A DNA stretch of 64,000 bases from Eledone cirrhosa (taxonomy: Eukaryota), in the NCBI GenBank assembly GCA_964016885.1, contig OZ024748.1:8060001-8124000 (forward strand). Direction: 5' to 3'. How positions within the stretch are numbered: position 1 is the stretch's first letter; each line of letters opens with the position of its first letter. The position numbers and the translations under genes were made by a program. This document shows, piece after piece, positions 52,882-63,429 of this stretch. The notes under the pieces are model-generated. The model did not search any database and was not told the origin of the DNA. It worked only from the letters and a program-made list of their open reading frames with translations.

Positions 52882-54981
52882 TTACCGTACTTTTGGTAGA
52901 GGAGGGATGGTTTTTACATCCCTTTTCACTTGATCGTCTGGTGAAGGGACCGTTGAATCGTCCCTTCGGCTGGTCGTCGGCTCTTCTAAGAGAATGTCTG
53001 AATATACTCTTCGATTGATGGTTCCTCCTAGGTCCCTGAAATCACCAACTGCGTTGGGGAATTTCGTTTTAATGTTTGTGTATTGTTTCTGTGCTATTTT
53101 TAGCAGTCTTATGTTAGTTGGCGTTTTGATTGGTGCTGGTATTATGTAGTCCTGTTGTGAAATGTCTGTGTGTTCAATTATGTAAGTCATTAGTTTCTTG
53201 TTGTGTGTGTTTATTGCCGTGCATTTGTTTTTCTGGGGGTGGGGTGTGGTTCTGCTATTTTCTTGTCGTTGTTGCTGGGTGTGTGTGTTTTGTTGTTGTG
53301 TTTGCGATGTTGGTGCTTGTGGTGGTGGTGTTGAAGGTGTTGTTGGCGGTGGGGTTGTCGCCGGTGGTGATGGTGGTGCTGGTGTGGGTGGTGATGGTGT
53401 TGGTGGTGTTGCTGCTGTGGGTCTCTTTGCAGTAGACTTTACCCTTTTCTCATTTCTTTCCTCCCTTTTCAAAGGCGACGATGCGCTGCTTCTGCGTTTG
53501 TGCCTTCTTGCGACCTTTTGCCATCCCTCTCCCACCTCACACTCCATGTCTGATTCTGTAAGGTCGGGGAGGGGTACCAGCTCCACTCTTTCACTTGTTG
53601 TTGTTGGTGATGTTTGCACTGGAGTCTCTGTTGCAGCTGCATTTGGTATTGCTGTTGTTGTTGTTAATATTTCCACTGCTGCTGCTGTTTTTGATTTCCG
53701 TGGCGTGGGTATGGGTGCCACGGACCTATCGTTCCTGGTTGCCGCTTGTCCTGTTGCTGGTAGCCGTGGAGCCGGATTCGGAAGGAGGGGGGTTTTCTCC
53801 TTTCTCAGGGTCTTCTCGTTGCAGAAGGCCCTGAGGTGAGTCTTCGATCCACAGCGAAAGCATTTCGGGCGTTTGCCCTCAACACTTATGGGCAGTTGAG
53901 TGCCGTTATCGAAGTCTATCACATCCGGGATAGCTTCGATGCACTCCTGGTTGGTTTGGATTAGCATCTCAATGGAGGAGCCGACCCAATCTTCTCTTAC
54001 TTTTTTCTGTACTTGCAGTACAGTTGTTTTGTCCTCGATTCCGACGAGGACAGACGCGGCCAGCCAAGAAGGGGTCATTCCGGGGGGGACGTGGGTCAGT
54101 TTGACCCTCACAATTTTTTGCCCGCAGTAGGAGGGCACCAACACCATTTCCTCGCTCCTTAGGGTCACTACTGATTGGGCCTTTGCCTCCTGGGGTGTGG
54201 CAAAAAGTACGTCTACGGTGGCGTATTTTTTGCCTCGGGTGATGTGCGTTTTCCTCTGCCACACAGACCCCAAGGCTTTTTGTATTTGGGCCTCTGTGGC
54301 TCTTTCCACCCTACGGGATTTTGTACTTACTGTACGGTACGTGACCGTACAGTGCTCTTGGGTTTCGAAAAAATTTTTCGCTGCCTTGCAGATTGCTCGG
54401 TGTCCGTTCTTTGTCACCATCTTCTTCGCTTCCTCTAATTCCTCATTTGTTATGAGGATTGTTTCCAGGTTTTTCGCAATACCTGCAAATGAGATTGGTT
54501 TTTCTCTGCTGTTGTTGTTGTCGTCAGAGCTGCTGGTACTTTTGTTGTTGCTGCAGGTACTACGACTACTGCCTCCGCCGCTGTTGCTGTGGTTGTTGTT
54601 GGTGTTGCTGCTGCTAATGCTGTTGTTGTTTATGCTGCTGGTGATGCTGTTGCGGCTGCTACTGTTGTTTTCATTGTCACTGTTGCTGTTGTTATTACGG
54701 CTGCTACTGCTATTATTCCTGACGTCAGACGAATGAACTGGGTTTTCGTATTTCCCGCACACCTGTTTCGTCGCTGTCGTCGTCGTCGTGGAGAAACCTT
54801 GCACGCTTTGCACGAGACTTTTCTTTTCTTTCGTCGCTTGCGAAAGAGAAGGTAGGGAGAGAGACACATTTAAAGAAGGGAGGGAGAGAGACAATCTTCT
54901 CTCTCCTGTAGTGATGATTGAGGAAGAAGAAGACGGAATGAGTGGGAGTGACGTATGAAATTTTTTTTTTTTGGTAGCCAT
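52882..54981 (-). CDS. ORF1 (CCHC), copy 2
   Basis: Same as copy 1; ATG at 54981. Confidence 0.92.
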   Translation of the reverse strand: MATKKKKFHTSLPLIPSSSSSIITTGERRLSLSLPSLNVSLSLPSLSQATKEKKSLVQSVQGFSTTTTTATKQVCGKYENPVHSSDVRNNSSSSRNNNSNSDNENNSSSRNSITSSINNNSISSSNTNNNHSNSGGGSSRSTCSNNKSTSSSDDNNNSREKPISFAGIAKNLETILITNEELEEAKKMVTKNGHRAICKAAKNFFETQEHCTVTYRTVSTKSRRVERATEAQIQKALGSVWQRKTHITRGKKYATVDVLFATPQEAKAQSVVTLRSEEMVLVPSYCGQKIVRVKLTHVPPGMTPSWLAASVLVGIEDKTTVLQVQKKVREDWVGSSIEMLIQTNQECIEAIPDVIDFDNGTQLPISVEGKRPKCFRCGSKTHLRAFCNEKTLRKEKTPLLPNPAPRLPATGQAATRNDRSVAPIPTPRKSKTAAAVEILTTTTAIPNAAATETPVQTSPTTTSERVELVPLPDLTESDMECEVGEGWQKVARRHKRRSSASSPLKREERNEKRVKSTAKRPTAATPPTPSPPTPAPPSPPATTPPPTTPSTPPPQAPTSQTQQQNTHTQQQRQENSRTTPHPQKNKCTAINTHNKKLMTYIIEHTDISQQDYIIPAPIKTPTNIRLLKIAQKQYTNIKTKFPNAVGDFRDLGGTINRRVYSDILLEEPTTSRRDDSTVPSPDDQVKRDVKTIPPLPKVR

Positions 54982-55215
54982 GTTGTTTTGTTTAAAATGA
55001 AATTTTGGGTACAAAACCCCAATAACTGGCTATTTAACCCCGAAGGGCCAAATAACGGACAGAAAGACCCCTCTCACGAGGAGGAGGGTGTCTTTATCAA
55101 CAATTTGGTTCAAGTTTTAAACAATTTACAATTGTTTTAACGGTTAAAAATTACTATACCTTACAGAGCCGAGCCTCCGTCAACCATGGCATTCAATAAT
55201 AATAATAATAATAAT

Positions 55216-55604
55216 AGACAAGAATGTATCTATAAAAACATTTGAAAAATTGAGCAAGTATAAGGACCTGGAGATAGAAATTGGAAAAATGTGGAAATTG
55301 AGAACTAAAACAATACCAGTGGTTGTAGGCGCTCTGGGAATGATACCTAAGGGGTCTAATGATTACTTATCGCAAATCCCAGGAAACCCGCGTATAGGAG
55401 AAATACAAAAGATAGTACTAATGGGAACTGCCCATATACTAAGGAAGATTCTGTCAATATAAGTACATCACAAGTCTAAACACTAAGGATGCATGTGTGA
55501 ATATGTGTGTTCTTTCTTGAACATGGCGGACCTTGTTGTCTCTTGAGGTCACTGGTTGTGACTTGGTGATAACTCGTATGAACATAAAGCAAGATAAATG
55601 CAAC

Positions 55605-55605
<1 letters not shown>
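55216..55605 (+). mobile_element. R4/Dong-type LINE 3' fragment, spacer 2
   Basis: Identical by eye to 48723-49112, including the 5' truncation point (offset 6493 bp). Confidence 0.85.
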
Positions 55606-55651
<46 letters not shown>

Positions 55652-55911
55652 TTTCTTTATTAACCACAAGGGTTTACATAAAGTAGACATTAAGGACAGT
55701 GCAGGACAATGCAGGACGGTACAAATGGGCATTTCTGCGTGTAAAAAAACAAAAACAGAGGATGTAACAAAAATAACAATGAAAATAACAATGAAAAATT
55801 CCCCAATAGGGGGGAGACTTCGGAGGGACATTTGTGGAGAAAGCCCAGTAAAAAGCCACAATGACCCTGACCACCAAGGCAAGTGCCCTCTCCCAGTTTT
55901 CCACCTTTAGT

Positions 55912-58900
55912 TTACAGATATATACTCAGAGTCGGCCCATTCACTCGGGCCATTCTTGCTTCTCTCACCCATCTTTCAACAAAATGCTGGGAAGAGAGCA
56001 CTTCCTTCTCTACTCTGATTTTCCTTTTCAAATGAAATTTGAAAAAGTCAATCAGAGCATCACCGAAGAGGTAAGTGCTCGTCTTCAGCCCTTTCAAACG
56101 TGTCCACCATACTATCTCTTTCGCCATGGCCACCAGACAGATAAAAACTGCCTGCCCTTCCCGGCTAAAGGAGGAGGGCGGGGCAATCCTCACGATAGAC
56201 TCAGATGATAGCTGGATCCGTCCTAAACGCGACAGCAGGTGTTCGACATAAACCCACAAGTCAGCAATTTTCGGACACTGGACGAGTGCGTGCAGGACGG
56301 TTTCGTCGCCCTGCGCGCATCTCGGACATGCCCGGCTGACGGCACCTCCATGCCTGTAGAGTTTATCCCGAACTGGCAAGGCTCCTCGGTAGCACTGCCA
56401 GGCCAGAGATTTCTGGAAGTTGTCCATAGGCCCTGGCCCGAAAGTTCTTCCGAAGAGATTGGCTAGTTGATTTTCGTCGACGCCTAGAGTTTCCCCAAGT
56501 ACGTCGTCGCTCTTCCCCTCCACTAATCCTCTATAGAACGCCGAGGTGGAGTTTCCACCGATCACATTGCTCGATTGGTCGAGGGCTGTGAGCGCCTGAA
56601 GACATTCCAGTCTCCAGGCGCTCCCTCTCGGTCTTCGCTTGACCCAGGACTGCAGCTCCGTCAAGGAAACGAGCTGGGGAAAAACGCGTCTAGCAAACGG
56701 CGACCACACCTGATCACCGTCGAGGAAGAGGTGGAGATGTCGTAGCCTGAGCGCGTGCCTGCGCATCATCAGCCACGGCATGCCCAGCCCTCCACGTAGC
56801 GGGTGTTGACAACAGATGGACCGCCTGACCATCGGAGCACGTCCCTTCCACAAAAAGCGAAAGAGCAAACGCTCCAGCGCAGTCAGGCGAGGCTTAGGAC
56901 AAGGTACGACGGTTAGGCGGTAGCAGATGACAGACGCGATGTACGCGTTAGCCACCTCCGCTCGACCTTTCAGGGATAGCTTCCTCTCCGCCCATTTCTG
57001 GGTGAGAGAAGCCACCCTGCTCGTCACCTCGTCCCAGTTTTTGTCCGTCTGGAGGTTCGGACCGAACCAGACCCCTAGCAATTTAACCGGTCCGTCCGTC
57101 CAGCGCCCGACGACGCTGTTGGACGGCATGGACCTGCCTCTCCAGGTGCCGAGCTGCAGGCCCACTGACTTTTCCTGGTTGATCATTGCTCCTGTCACCG
57201 CTTCGTATTCTCTTAGTGTAGTGCCGATCGCCTCGATGTGTTTGGCGTTCGACACCACTACGGTGACATCGTCCGCATATGCTGACACGGATCTTCCGCA
57301 TCCTAGTTCGCGCGGGACTCCCCTCAACGTCTCCAGTTTGTGCAGTAATGGCTCGAGAGTCAATACGTACAAGAGGGACGAGAGGGGACATCCTTGGCGG
57401 ACCGAGCGCATGATGTTGAACGGTTCCGACAGGTGACCGTTCACTCTCACCACAGAGCAGATGTCGCTGTGCATGGCAGCGATCCAGCCTCTGAAGACGG
57501 GCCCAAAGCCAGCCGCCCTCAGGACTGCCGCTAGGTAACGATGGTCGACCCTATCGAAAGCTTTCGACTGATCTAAATTGATCAAGGACCCACCCGTGCC
57601 AGGTTCCCTAGCTACCCTCTCTACGATGTATCGCATGAGGTGGAGGTTGTCGTGGATGGATCTGTCGGGAATGGCGCATGTCTGCGCCTCTCCCACCAGA
57701 CCACCAACGACAAGCGCCAACCTCTTTGCTAGCACCTTGGCCAAAATCTTAAACTCTGTGTTTAGCAGAGTTATGGGCCGGAAATTGTCTATGTTATCCC
57801 CCTTGTTCGGATCCTTTCTCAGCAGTGCCACCGCTCCTCGGCTCACAGAACTGGGAATTCTCCCGTTCTGTTGCCAGTTGCAGTAGACGTCCGCCAAGAG
57901 GCCTCCGAACAAGTCTGGCATCTGTACGTAAAGTTCATAGGGCAGACCATCCAAACCAGGCGATTTACCCCTTGTGCAGCCAGTCATTGCCTCCCGTACT
58001 TCAGCGGCTGTTATCGGCTTTTCGCAACACCTCGCCTCAGTGGCCGAGAGCCGCGGCAGCCCGTCGAGGTAGACACTAAAGTCCATCCCTCTACCCGGCC
58101 CCCCGCTGCCCCCGAACAGCTGAGCGAAGTGTCGCTGAAAAGCTTCACACATTTGCCCGGGATCGAGTAGCATGCGCCCGTCGTGGTCCACCAAAGACCG
58201 GATCGTGGCTTTGTTGCCACGACGCGCCTCCGCCACTCGGGCCCATTGAACGGCTTTCGTCCCCTCGTGTCTGAGAGCACGCACCCTAGCTCTGACAACG
58301 CAGCCTTCGTGCTTTGCATTGAAGAATTGGTCAAGGGCCAATTTCGCCGCAAGCACGTCGGTCGCAATGCCTTTGCTAAGCGCCTCGTCTAATTTTCTAA
58401 CTAGTTCTCCCTCTGCTCTATTTTTCTCTATTGCTAAAGCCTTACTAAACCTAATCGATTCTATTCTAATCGCTCTTTTCAGAGCAAACCACCACTTGTT
58501 GTTGACGATGGCCCCCGTCAACGCCCGCTTAACTAGTTCGCTAATCCGGTCTCTGTAGGCCTTGCGTGCTGGTAAGGACGCGTTTAGCTTCCAGTAGCCG
58601 GGTCCTCGTCTATGAAGCCTATCTAAGTCAAGCACACAGATCACGAATTTGTGGTCCGTGTAGCTGACTATCTTGAATTGTGGACAGCCTATGCTAGACC
58701 TATCTATTTCCCTACAAAATACTCTATCTAGATATGATCTGGATGACCCTATGCGGTTTGTCCAAGTCCACATTGGCACATTCGGGAAATCCAATCGGTA
58801 CCTGTCAGACAGTTCAAAACGCCTGAGCAGGTTGGTGAGGCTCTTGCACCCTCCACCCCTATCCGCTAATCCCACACAGTCCCAGCGTGCATCTAAGATC

Positions 58901-59331
58901 CCGTTCCAGTCGCCCACTAACACTAAAGAGCGGGACGTTCCAAGAAAGGTCTCCAGACGCCGGAAGAAATCAGGCCGCCCTGCTCCTGTCGGGGCATAGA
59001 CGGCCACTAGCCTGAAAGCTTGCCCGTCTCCGCTGGTCACGTCCAGCACCACCAGCTTACCCTCTGGGTCCAGGAAGATGGCCCGTATGGCGAGATCCAA
59101 ACCTCTCCGAAAAAGCACAGCAACTCCTCCACCGGATCCAGGACGGCTGGGAGATGCGTACACATCGAAGCCGCCGAAGATCGGTGCGAAGGCCCGTGCT
59201 TCGGAGATTCTGGTCTCGCTGATGGCCACTACATCTATGTTTAGTGACCTGAGGTCGTTGAGCAGGTGACCCTGCTTCCATGACGACCCCAAGCCACGCG
59301 CATTTATGCTGCCTATTCTGAGTGAGGTCAT
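55912..59331 (-). CDS. ORF2 (APE-EN/RT/zinc finger), 1139 aa, copy 3
   Basis: Same motifs as copy 1; intact. Confidence 0.97.
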   Translation of the reverse strand: MTSLRIGSINARGLGSSWKQGHLLNDLRSLNIDVVAISETRISEARAFAPIFGGFDVYASPSRPGSGGGVAVLFRRGLDLAIRAIFLDPEGKLVVLDVTSGDGQAFRLVAVYAPTGAGRPDFFRRLETFLGTSRSLVLVGDWNGILDARWDCVGLADRGGGCKSLTNLLRRFELSDRYRLDFPNVPMWTWTNRIGSSRSYLDRVFCREIDRSSIGCPQFKIVSYTDHKFVICVLDLDRLHRRGPGYWKLNASLPARKAYRDRISELVKRALTGAIVNNKWWFALKRAIRIESIRFSKALAIEKNRAEGELVRKLDEALSKGIATDVLAAKLALDQFFNAKHEGCVVRARVRALRHEGTKAVQWARVAEARRGNKATIRSLVDHDGRMLLDPGQMCEAFQRHFAQLFGGSGGPGRGMDFSVYLDGLPRLSATEARCCEKPITAAEVREAMTGCTRGKSPGLDGLPYELYVQMPDLFGGLLADVYCNWQQNGRIPSSVSRGAVALLRKDPNKGDNIDNFRPITLLNTEFKILAKVLAKRLALVVGGLVGEAQTCAIPDRSIHDNLHLMRYIVERVAREPGTGGSLINLDQSKAFDRVDHRYLAAVLRAAGFGPVFRGWIAAMHSDICSVVRVNGHLSEPFNIMRSVRQGCPLSSLLYVLTLEPLLHKLETLRGVPRELGCGRSVSAYADDVTVVVSNAKHIEAIGTTLREYEAVTGAMINQEKSVGLQLGTWRGRSMPSNSVVGRWTDGPVKLLGVWFGPNLQTDKNWDEVTSRVASLTQKWAERKLSLKGRAEVANAYIASVICYRLTVVPCPKPRLTALERLLFRFLWKGRAPMVRRSICCQHPLRGGLGMPWLMMRRHALRLRHLHLFLDGDQVWSPFARRVFPQLVSLTELQSWVKRRPRGSAWRLECLQALTALDQSSNVIGGNSTSAFYRGLVEGKSDDVLGETLGVDENQLANLFGRTFGPGPMDNFQKSLAWQCYRGALPVRDKLYRHGGAVSRACPRCAQGDETVLHALVQCPKIADLWVYVEHLLSRLGRIQLSSESIVRIAPPSSFSREGQAVFICLVAMAKEIVWWTRLKGLKTSTYLFGDALIDFFKFHLKRKIRVEKEVLSSQHFVERWVREARMARVNGPTLSIYL

Positions 59332-59366
59332 GTTTAAAATAGAGTGGAAAAGATGGGAAAGACCAC

Positions 59367-61466
59367 TTACCGTACTTTTGGTAGAGGAGGGATGGTTTTT
59401 ACATCCCTTTTCACTTGATCGTCTGGTGAAGGGACCGTTGAATCGTCCCTTCGGCTGGTCGTCGGCTCTTCTAAGAGAATGTCTGAGTATACTCTTCGAT
59501 TGATGGTTCCTCCTAGGTCCCTGAAATCACCAACTGCGTTGGGGAATTTCGTTTTAATATTTGTGTATTGTTTCTGTGCTATTTTTAGCAGTCTTATGTT
59601 AGTTGGCGTTTTGATTGGTGCTGGTATTATGTAGTCCTGTTGTGAAATGTCTGTGTGTTCAATTATGTAAGTCATTAGTTTCTTGTTGTGTGTATTTATT
59701 GCCGTGCATTTGTTTTTCTGGGGGTGGGGTGTGGTTCTGCTATTTTCTTGTCGTTGTTGCTGGGTGTGTGTGTTTTGTTGTTGTGTTTGCGATGTTGGTG
59801 CTTGTGGTGGTGGTGTTGAAGGTGTTGTTGGCGGTGGGGTTGTCGCCGGTGGTGATGGTGGCGCTAGTGTGGGTGGTGATGGTGTTGGTGTTGTTGCTGC
59901 TGTGGGTCTCTTTGCAGTAGACTTTACCCTTTTCTCATTTCTTTCCTCACTTTTCAAAGGCGACGATGCGCTGCTTCTGCGTTTGTGCCTTCTTACGACC
60001 TTTTGCCATCTCTCTCCCACCTCACACTCCATGTCTGATTCTGTGAGGTCGGGGAGGGGTACCAACTCCACTCTTTCACTTGTTGTTGTTGGTGATGTTT
60101 GCACTGGAGTCTCTGTTGCAGCTGCATTTGGTATTGCTGTTGTTGTTGTTAGTATTTCCACTGCTGCTGCTGTTTTTGATTTCCGTGGAGTGGGTATGGG
60201 TGCCACGGGCCTATCGTTCCTGGTTGCCGCTTGTCCTGTTGCTGGTAGCCGTGGCGCCGGATTCGGAAGGAGGGGGGTTTTCTCCTTTCTCAGGGTCTTC
60301 TCGTTGCAGAAGGCCCTGAGGTGAGTCTTCGATCCACAGCGAAAGCATTTCGGGCGTTTGCCCTCAACACTTATGGGCAGTTGAGTGCCGTTATCGAAGT
60401 CTATCACATCCGGGATAGCTTCGATGCACTCCTGGTTGGTTTGGATTAGCATCTCAATGGAGGAGCCGACCCAATCTTCTCTTACTTTTTTCTGTACTTG
60501 CAGTACAGTTGTTTTGTCCTCGATTCCGACGAGGACAGACGCGGCCAGCCAAGAAGGGGTCATTCCGGGGGGGACGTGGGTCAGTTTGACCCTCACAATT
60601 TTTTGCCCACAGTAGGAGGGCACCAACACCATTTCCTCGCTCCTTAGGGTCACTACTGATTGGGCCTTTGCCTCCTGGGGTGTGGCAAAAAGTACGTCTA
60701 CGGTGGCATATTTTTTGCCTCGGGTGATGTGCGTTTTCCGCTGCCACACAGACCCCAAGGCTTTTTGTATTTGGGCCTCTGTGGCTCTTTCCACCCTACG
60801 GGATTTTGTACTTACTGTACGGTACGTGACCGTACAGTGCTCTTGGGTTTCGAAAAAATTTTTCGCTGCCTTGCAGATTGCTCGGTGTCCGTTCTTTGTC
60901 ACCATCTTCTTCGCTTCCTCTAATTCCTCATTTGTTATGAGGATTGTTTCCAGGTTTTTCGCAATACCTGCAAATGAGATTGGTTTTTCTCTGCTGTTGT
61001 TGTTGTCGTCAGAGCTGCTGGTACTTTTGTTGTTGCTGCAGGTACTACGACTACTGCCTCCGCCGCTGTTGCTGTGGTTGTTGTTGGTGTTGCTGCTGCT
61101 AATGCTGTTGTTGTTTATGCTGCTGGTGATGCTGTTGCGGCTGCTACTGTTGTTTTCATTGTCACTGTTGCTGTTGTTATTACGGCTGCTACTGCTATTA
61201 TTCCTGACGTCAGACGAATGAACTGGGTTTTCGTATTTCCCGCACACCTGTTTCGTCGCTGTCGTCGTCGTCGTGGAGAAACCTTGCACGCTTTGCACGA
61301 GACTTTTCTTTTCTTTCGTCGCTTGCGAAAGAGAAGGTAGGGAGAGAGACACATTTAAAGAAGGGAGGGAGAGAGACAATCTTCTCTCTGCTGTAGTGAT
61401 GATTGAGGAAGAAGAAGACGGAATGAGTGGGAGTGACGTATGAAATTTTTTTTTTTTGGTAGCCAT
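59367..61466 (-). CDS. ORF1 (CCHC), copy 3
   Basis: Same as copy 1 with several private substitutions; ATG at 61466. Confidence 0.92.
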   Translation of the reverse strand: MATKKKKFHTSLPLIPSSSSSIITTAERRLSLSLPSLNVSLSLPSLSQATKEKKSLVQSVQGFSTTTTTATKQVCGKYENPVHSSDVRNNSSSSRNNNSNSDNENNSSSRNSITSSINNNSISSSNTNNNHSNSGGGSSRSTCSNNKSTSSSDDNNNSREKPISFAGIAKNLETILITNEELEEAKKMVTKNGHRAICKAAKNFFETQEHCTVTYRTVSTKSRRVERATEAQIQKALGSVWQRKTHITRGKKYATVDVLFATPQEAKAQSVVTLRSEEMVLVPSYCGQKIVRVKLTHVPPGMTPSWLAASVLVGIEDKTTVLQVQKKVREDWVGSSIEMLIQTNQECIEAIPDVIDFDNGTQLPISVEGKRPKCFRCGSKTHLRAFCNEKTLRKEKTPLLPNPAPRLPATGQAATRNDRPVAPIPTPRKSKTAAAVEILTTTTAIPNAAATETPVQTSPTTTSERVELVPLPDLTESDMECEVGERWQKVVRRHKRRSSASSPLKSEERNEKRVKSTAKRPTAATTPTPSPPTLAPPSPPATTPPPTTPSTPPPQAPTSQTQQQNTHTQQQRQENSRTTPHPQKNKCTAINTHNKKLMTYIIEHTDISQQDYIIPAPIKTPTNIRLLKIAQKQYTNIKTKFPNAVGDFRDLGGTINRRVYSDILLEEPTTSRRDDSTVPSPDDQVKRDVKTIPPLPKVR

Positions 61467-61706
61467 GTTTTTTTGTTTAAAATGAAATTTTGGGTACAAA
61501 ACCCCAATAACTGGTTATTTAACCCCGAAGGGCCAAATAACGGACAGAAAGACCCCTCTCACGAGGAGGAGGGTGTCTTTATCAACAATTTGGTTCAAGT
61601 TTTAAACAATTTACAATTGTTTTAACGGTTAAAAATTACTATACCTTACAGAGCCGAGCCTCCGTCAACCATGGCATTCAATAATAATAATAATAATAAT
61701 AACGAT

Positions 61707-61930
61707 GATTTCATTTATTGGCCACAAGGACCGACATGTAGGGGACAATACTAAAACAGGGACAGTGGGGAGTTTACAATAAGCTCGAGTAAAAGTGCAC
61801 AATGGCAAGTCTAATTTAACCATGAAGATATAAAAAAATATATAAAATAAATTATGCATAAATATAACAAAATAAATTCCCCAATATGGGGGGGGGGACC
61901 CAGGGGTGACTCAGGTACCCACCAATCCTT
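61707..61930 (-). mobile_element. 5'-truncated 3' UTR of a diverged sister Tx1 family
   Basis: GATTTCATTTATTGGCCACAAGG matches GATTTCTTTATTAACCACAAGG, and AAATTCCCCAATATGGGGGG matches AAATTCCCCAATAGGGGGGA of the array element. Same orientation; flanked by (AAT)n on both sides. Confidence 0.7.
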
Positions 61931-61954
61931 AATAATAATAATGATGATGATGAT

Positions 61955-62120
61955 TTTTTATATAGGCACAAGGTCTGCAATTAGAAAGTGCGGGAAAATT
62001 CGATTAAACTGACCCCAGTGAATTACTGGTATTTTATTTTATAGACCCCGTAAGGATGAAAGGCAAAGTTAACCTCGGCGGGATTTGAACTCAGAACGCA
62101 AAGGACCGTAACACTATGCC
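61955..62120 (-). mobile_element. SINE family A next to the Tx1 sister fragment
   Basis: Reverse core and tail; the tail merges into AAT/GAT repeats at 61931-61953. Confidence 0.75.
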
Positions 62121-62417
62121 GCAATTGGAAATAATCCAGGTATACAGTTGTGTGAGTGTAAGTTCTGCTGTGAGTGGAACTTCAGTTGTGAGTGTTACTT
62201 CTATCCTGAGTGTCACCTCTGGTGCTAGAATCAATGTAATTGGACGTTTCTATTAGTATAGTCACAATAACTTCTAGTTGCGTACCTATTTTCACACACG
62301 CACACACATACACACACATACACACACATACACACACATACACACAGACACACATACACACACACATATATACACATACACACACATACACCCACACACA
62401 TACATACAAACACACAC

Positions 62418-62491
<74 letters not shown>

Positions 62492-62532
62492 GTGTGTATA
62501 TATATATGTGTGTACATCTCTCTCTCTCCCCC

Positions 62533-62587
<55 letters not shown>

Positions 62588-62654
62588 TTTACACATGTAT
62601 ATATATATATATGTACATATATATACATATATATTTACATATATATATATATAT

Positions 62655-62721
<67 letters not shown>

Positions 62722-62739
62722 TATATTATATATATTTAC

Positions 62740-62775
<36 letters not shown>

Positions 62776-62781
62776 TTACAT

Positions 62782-62813
<32 letters not shown>

Positions 62814-62897
62814 TTACATATATATTTACATATATATGTATATATATACATACAGACAGAGAGCAAGAAAGAAAGAGAAAGAAAGAAAGAGAGAGAG

Positions 62898-62963
<66 letters not shown>

Positions 62964-63233
62964 ACACTATTACACGATACAATCGGAAACAAAAAAAAAA
63001 ACAATTTCCGATCTTCAGCCATCCGTCCCAAAGGTGATAATTCAAGGGTATCAGAGACATCAAAGTAAATTTGAGTTTTCAGTATTTTAAGGGTGGGGAT
63101 TTCCTTTGATATCTGTGATATCCTTGGATTTTCCCATTAGAACGGATGGATGGTTATCGGAAAGTGTTGCTTCCATTTGTATCGTCTAATATTTGATTTA
63201 CTAAATTTTCAAACGCTACACATTTAAACTTGC

Positions 63234-63328
<95 letters not shown>

Positions 63329-63343
63329 TGTGTGTGTGTGTAC

Positions 63344-63389
<46 letters not shown>

Positions 63390-63393
63390 GTAC

Positions 63394-63429
<36 letters not shown>

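Larger units (their letters stand above)
49166..55194 (-). mobile_element. Full-length Tx1-clade LINE, copy 2 (6029 bp)
   Basis: Near-identical to copy 1 with the same termini; (AAT)17 on the 3' side and (AAT)7 on the 5' side. Confidence 0.95.
55650..61679 (-). mobile_element. Full-length Tx1-clade LINE, copy 3 (6030 bp)
   Basis: Same termini as copies 1 and 2; (AAT)14 on the 3' side and (AAT)7 on the 5' side. Confidence 0.95.

Noticed and set aside
43261-61340. Plus-strand ORFs inside the Tx1 copies (e.g. 213, 179 and 169 aa)
   Set aside because: Antisense shadows of GC-rich ORF1/ORF2 with no recognisable domains. Their recurrence only reflects copy identity.
42671-61679. LTR retrotransposon, or telomeric HeT-A/TART-like array
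   Set aside because: No protease, integrase or LTR/PBS. No telomeric repeats, and ordinary sequence continues on both sides.
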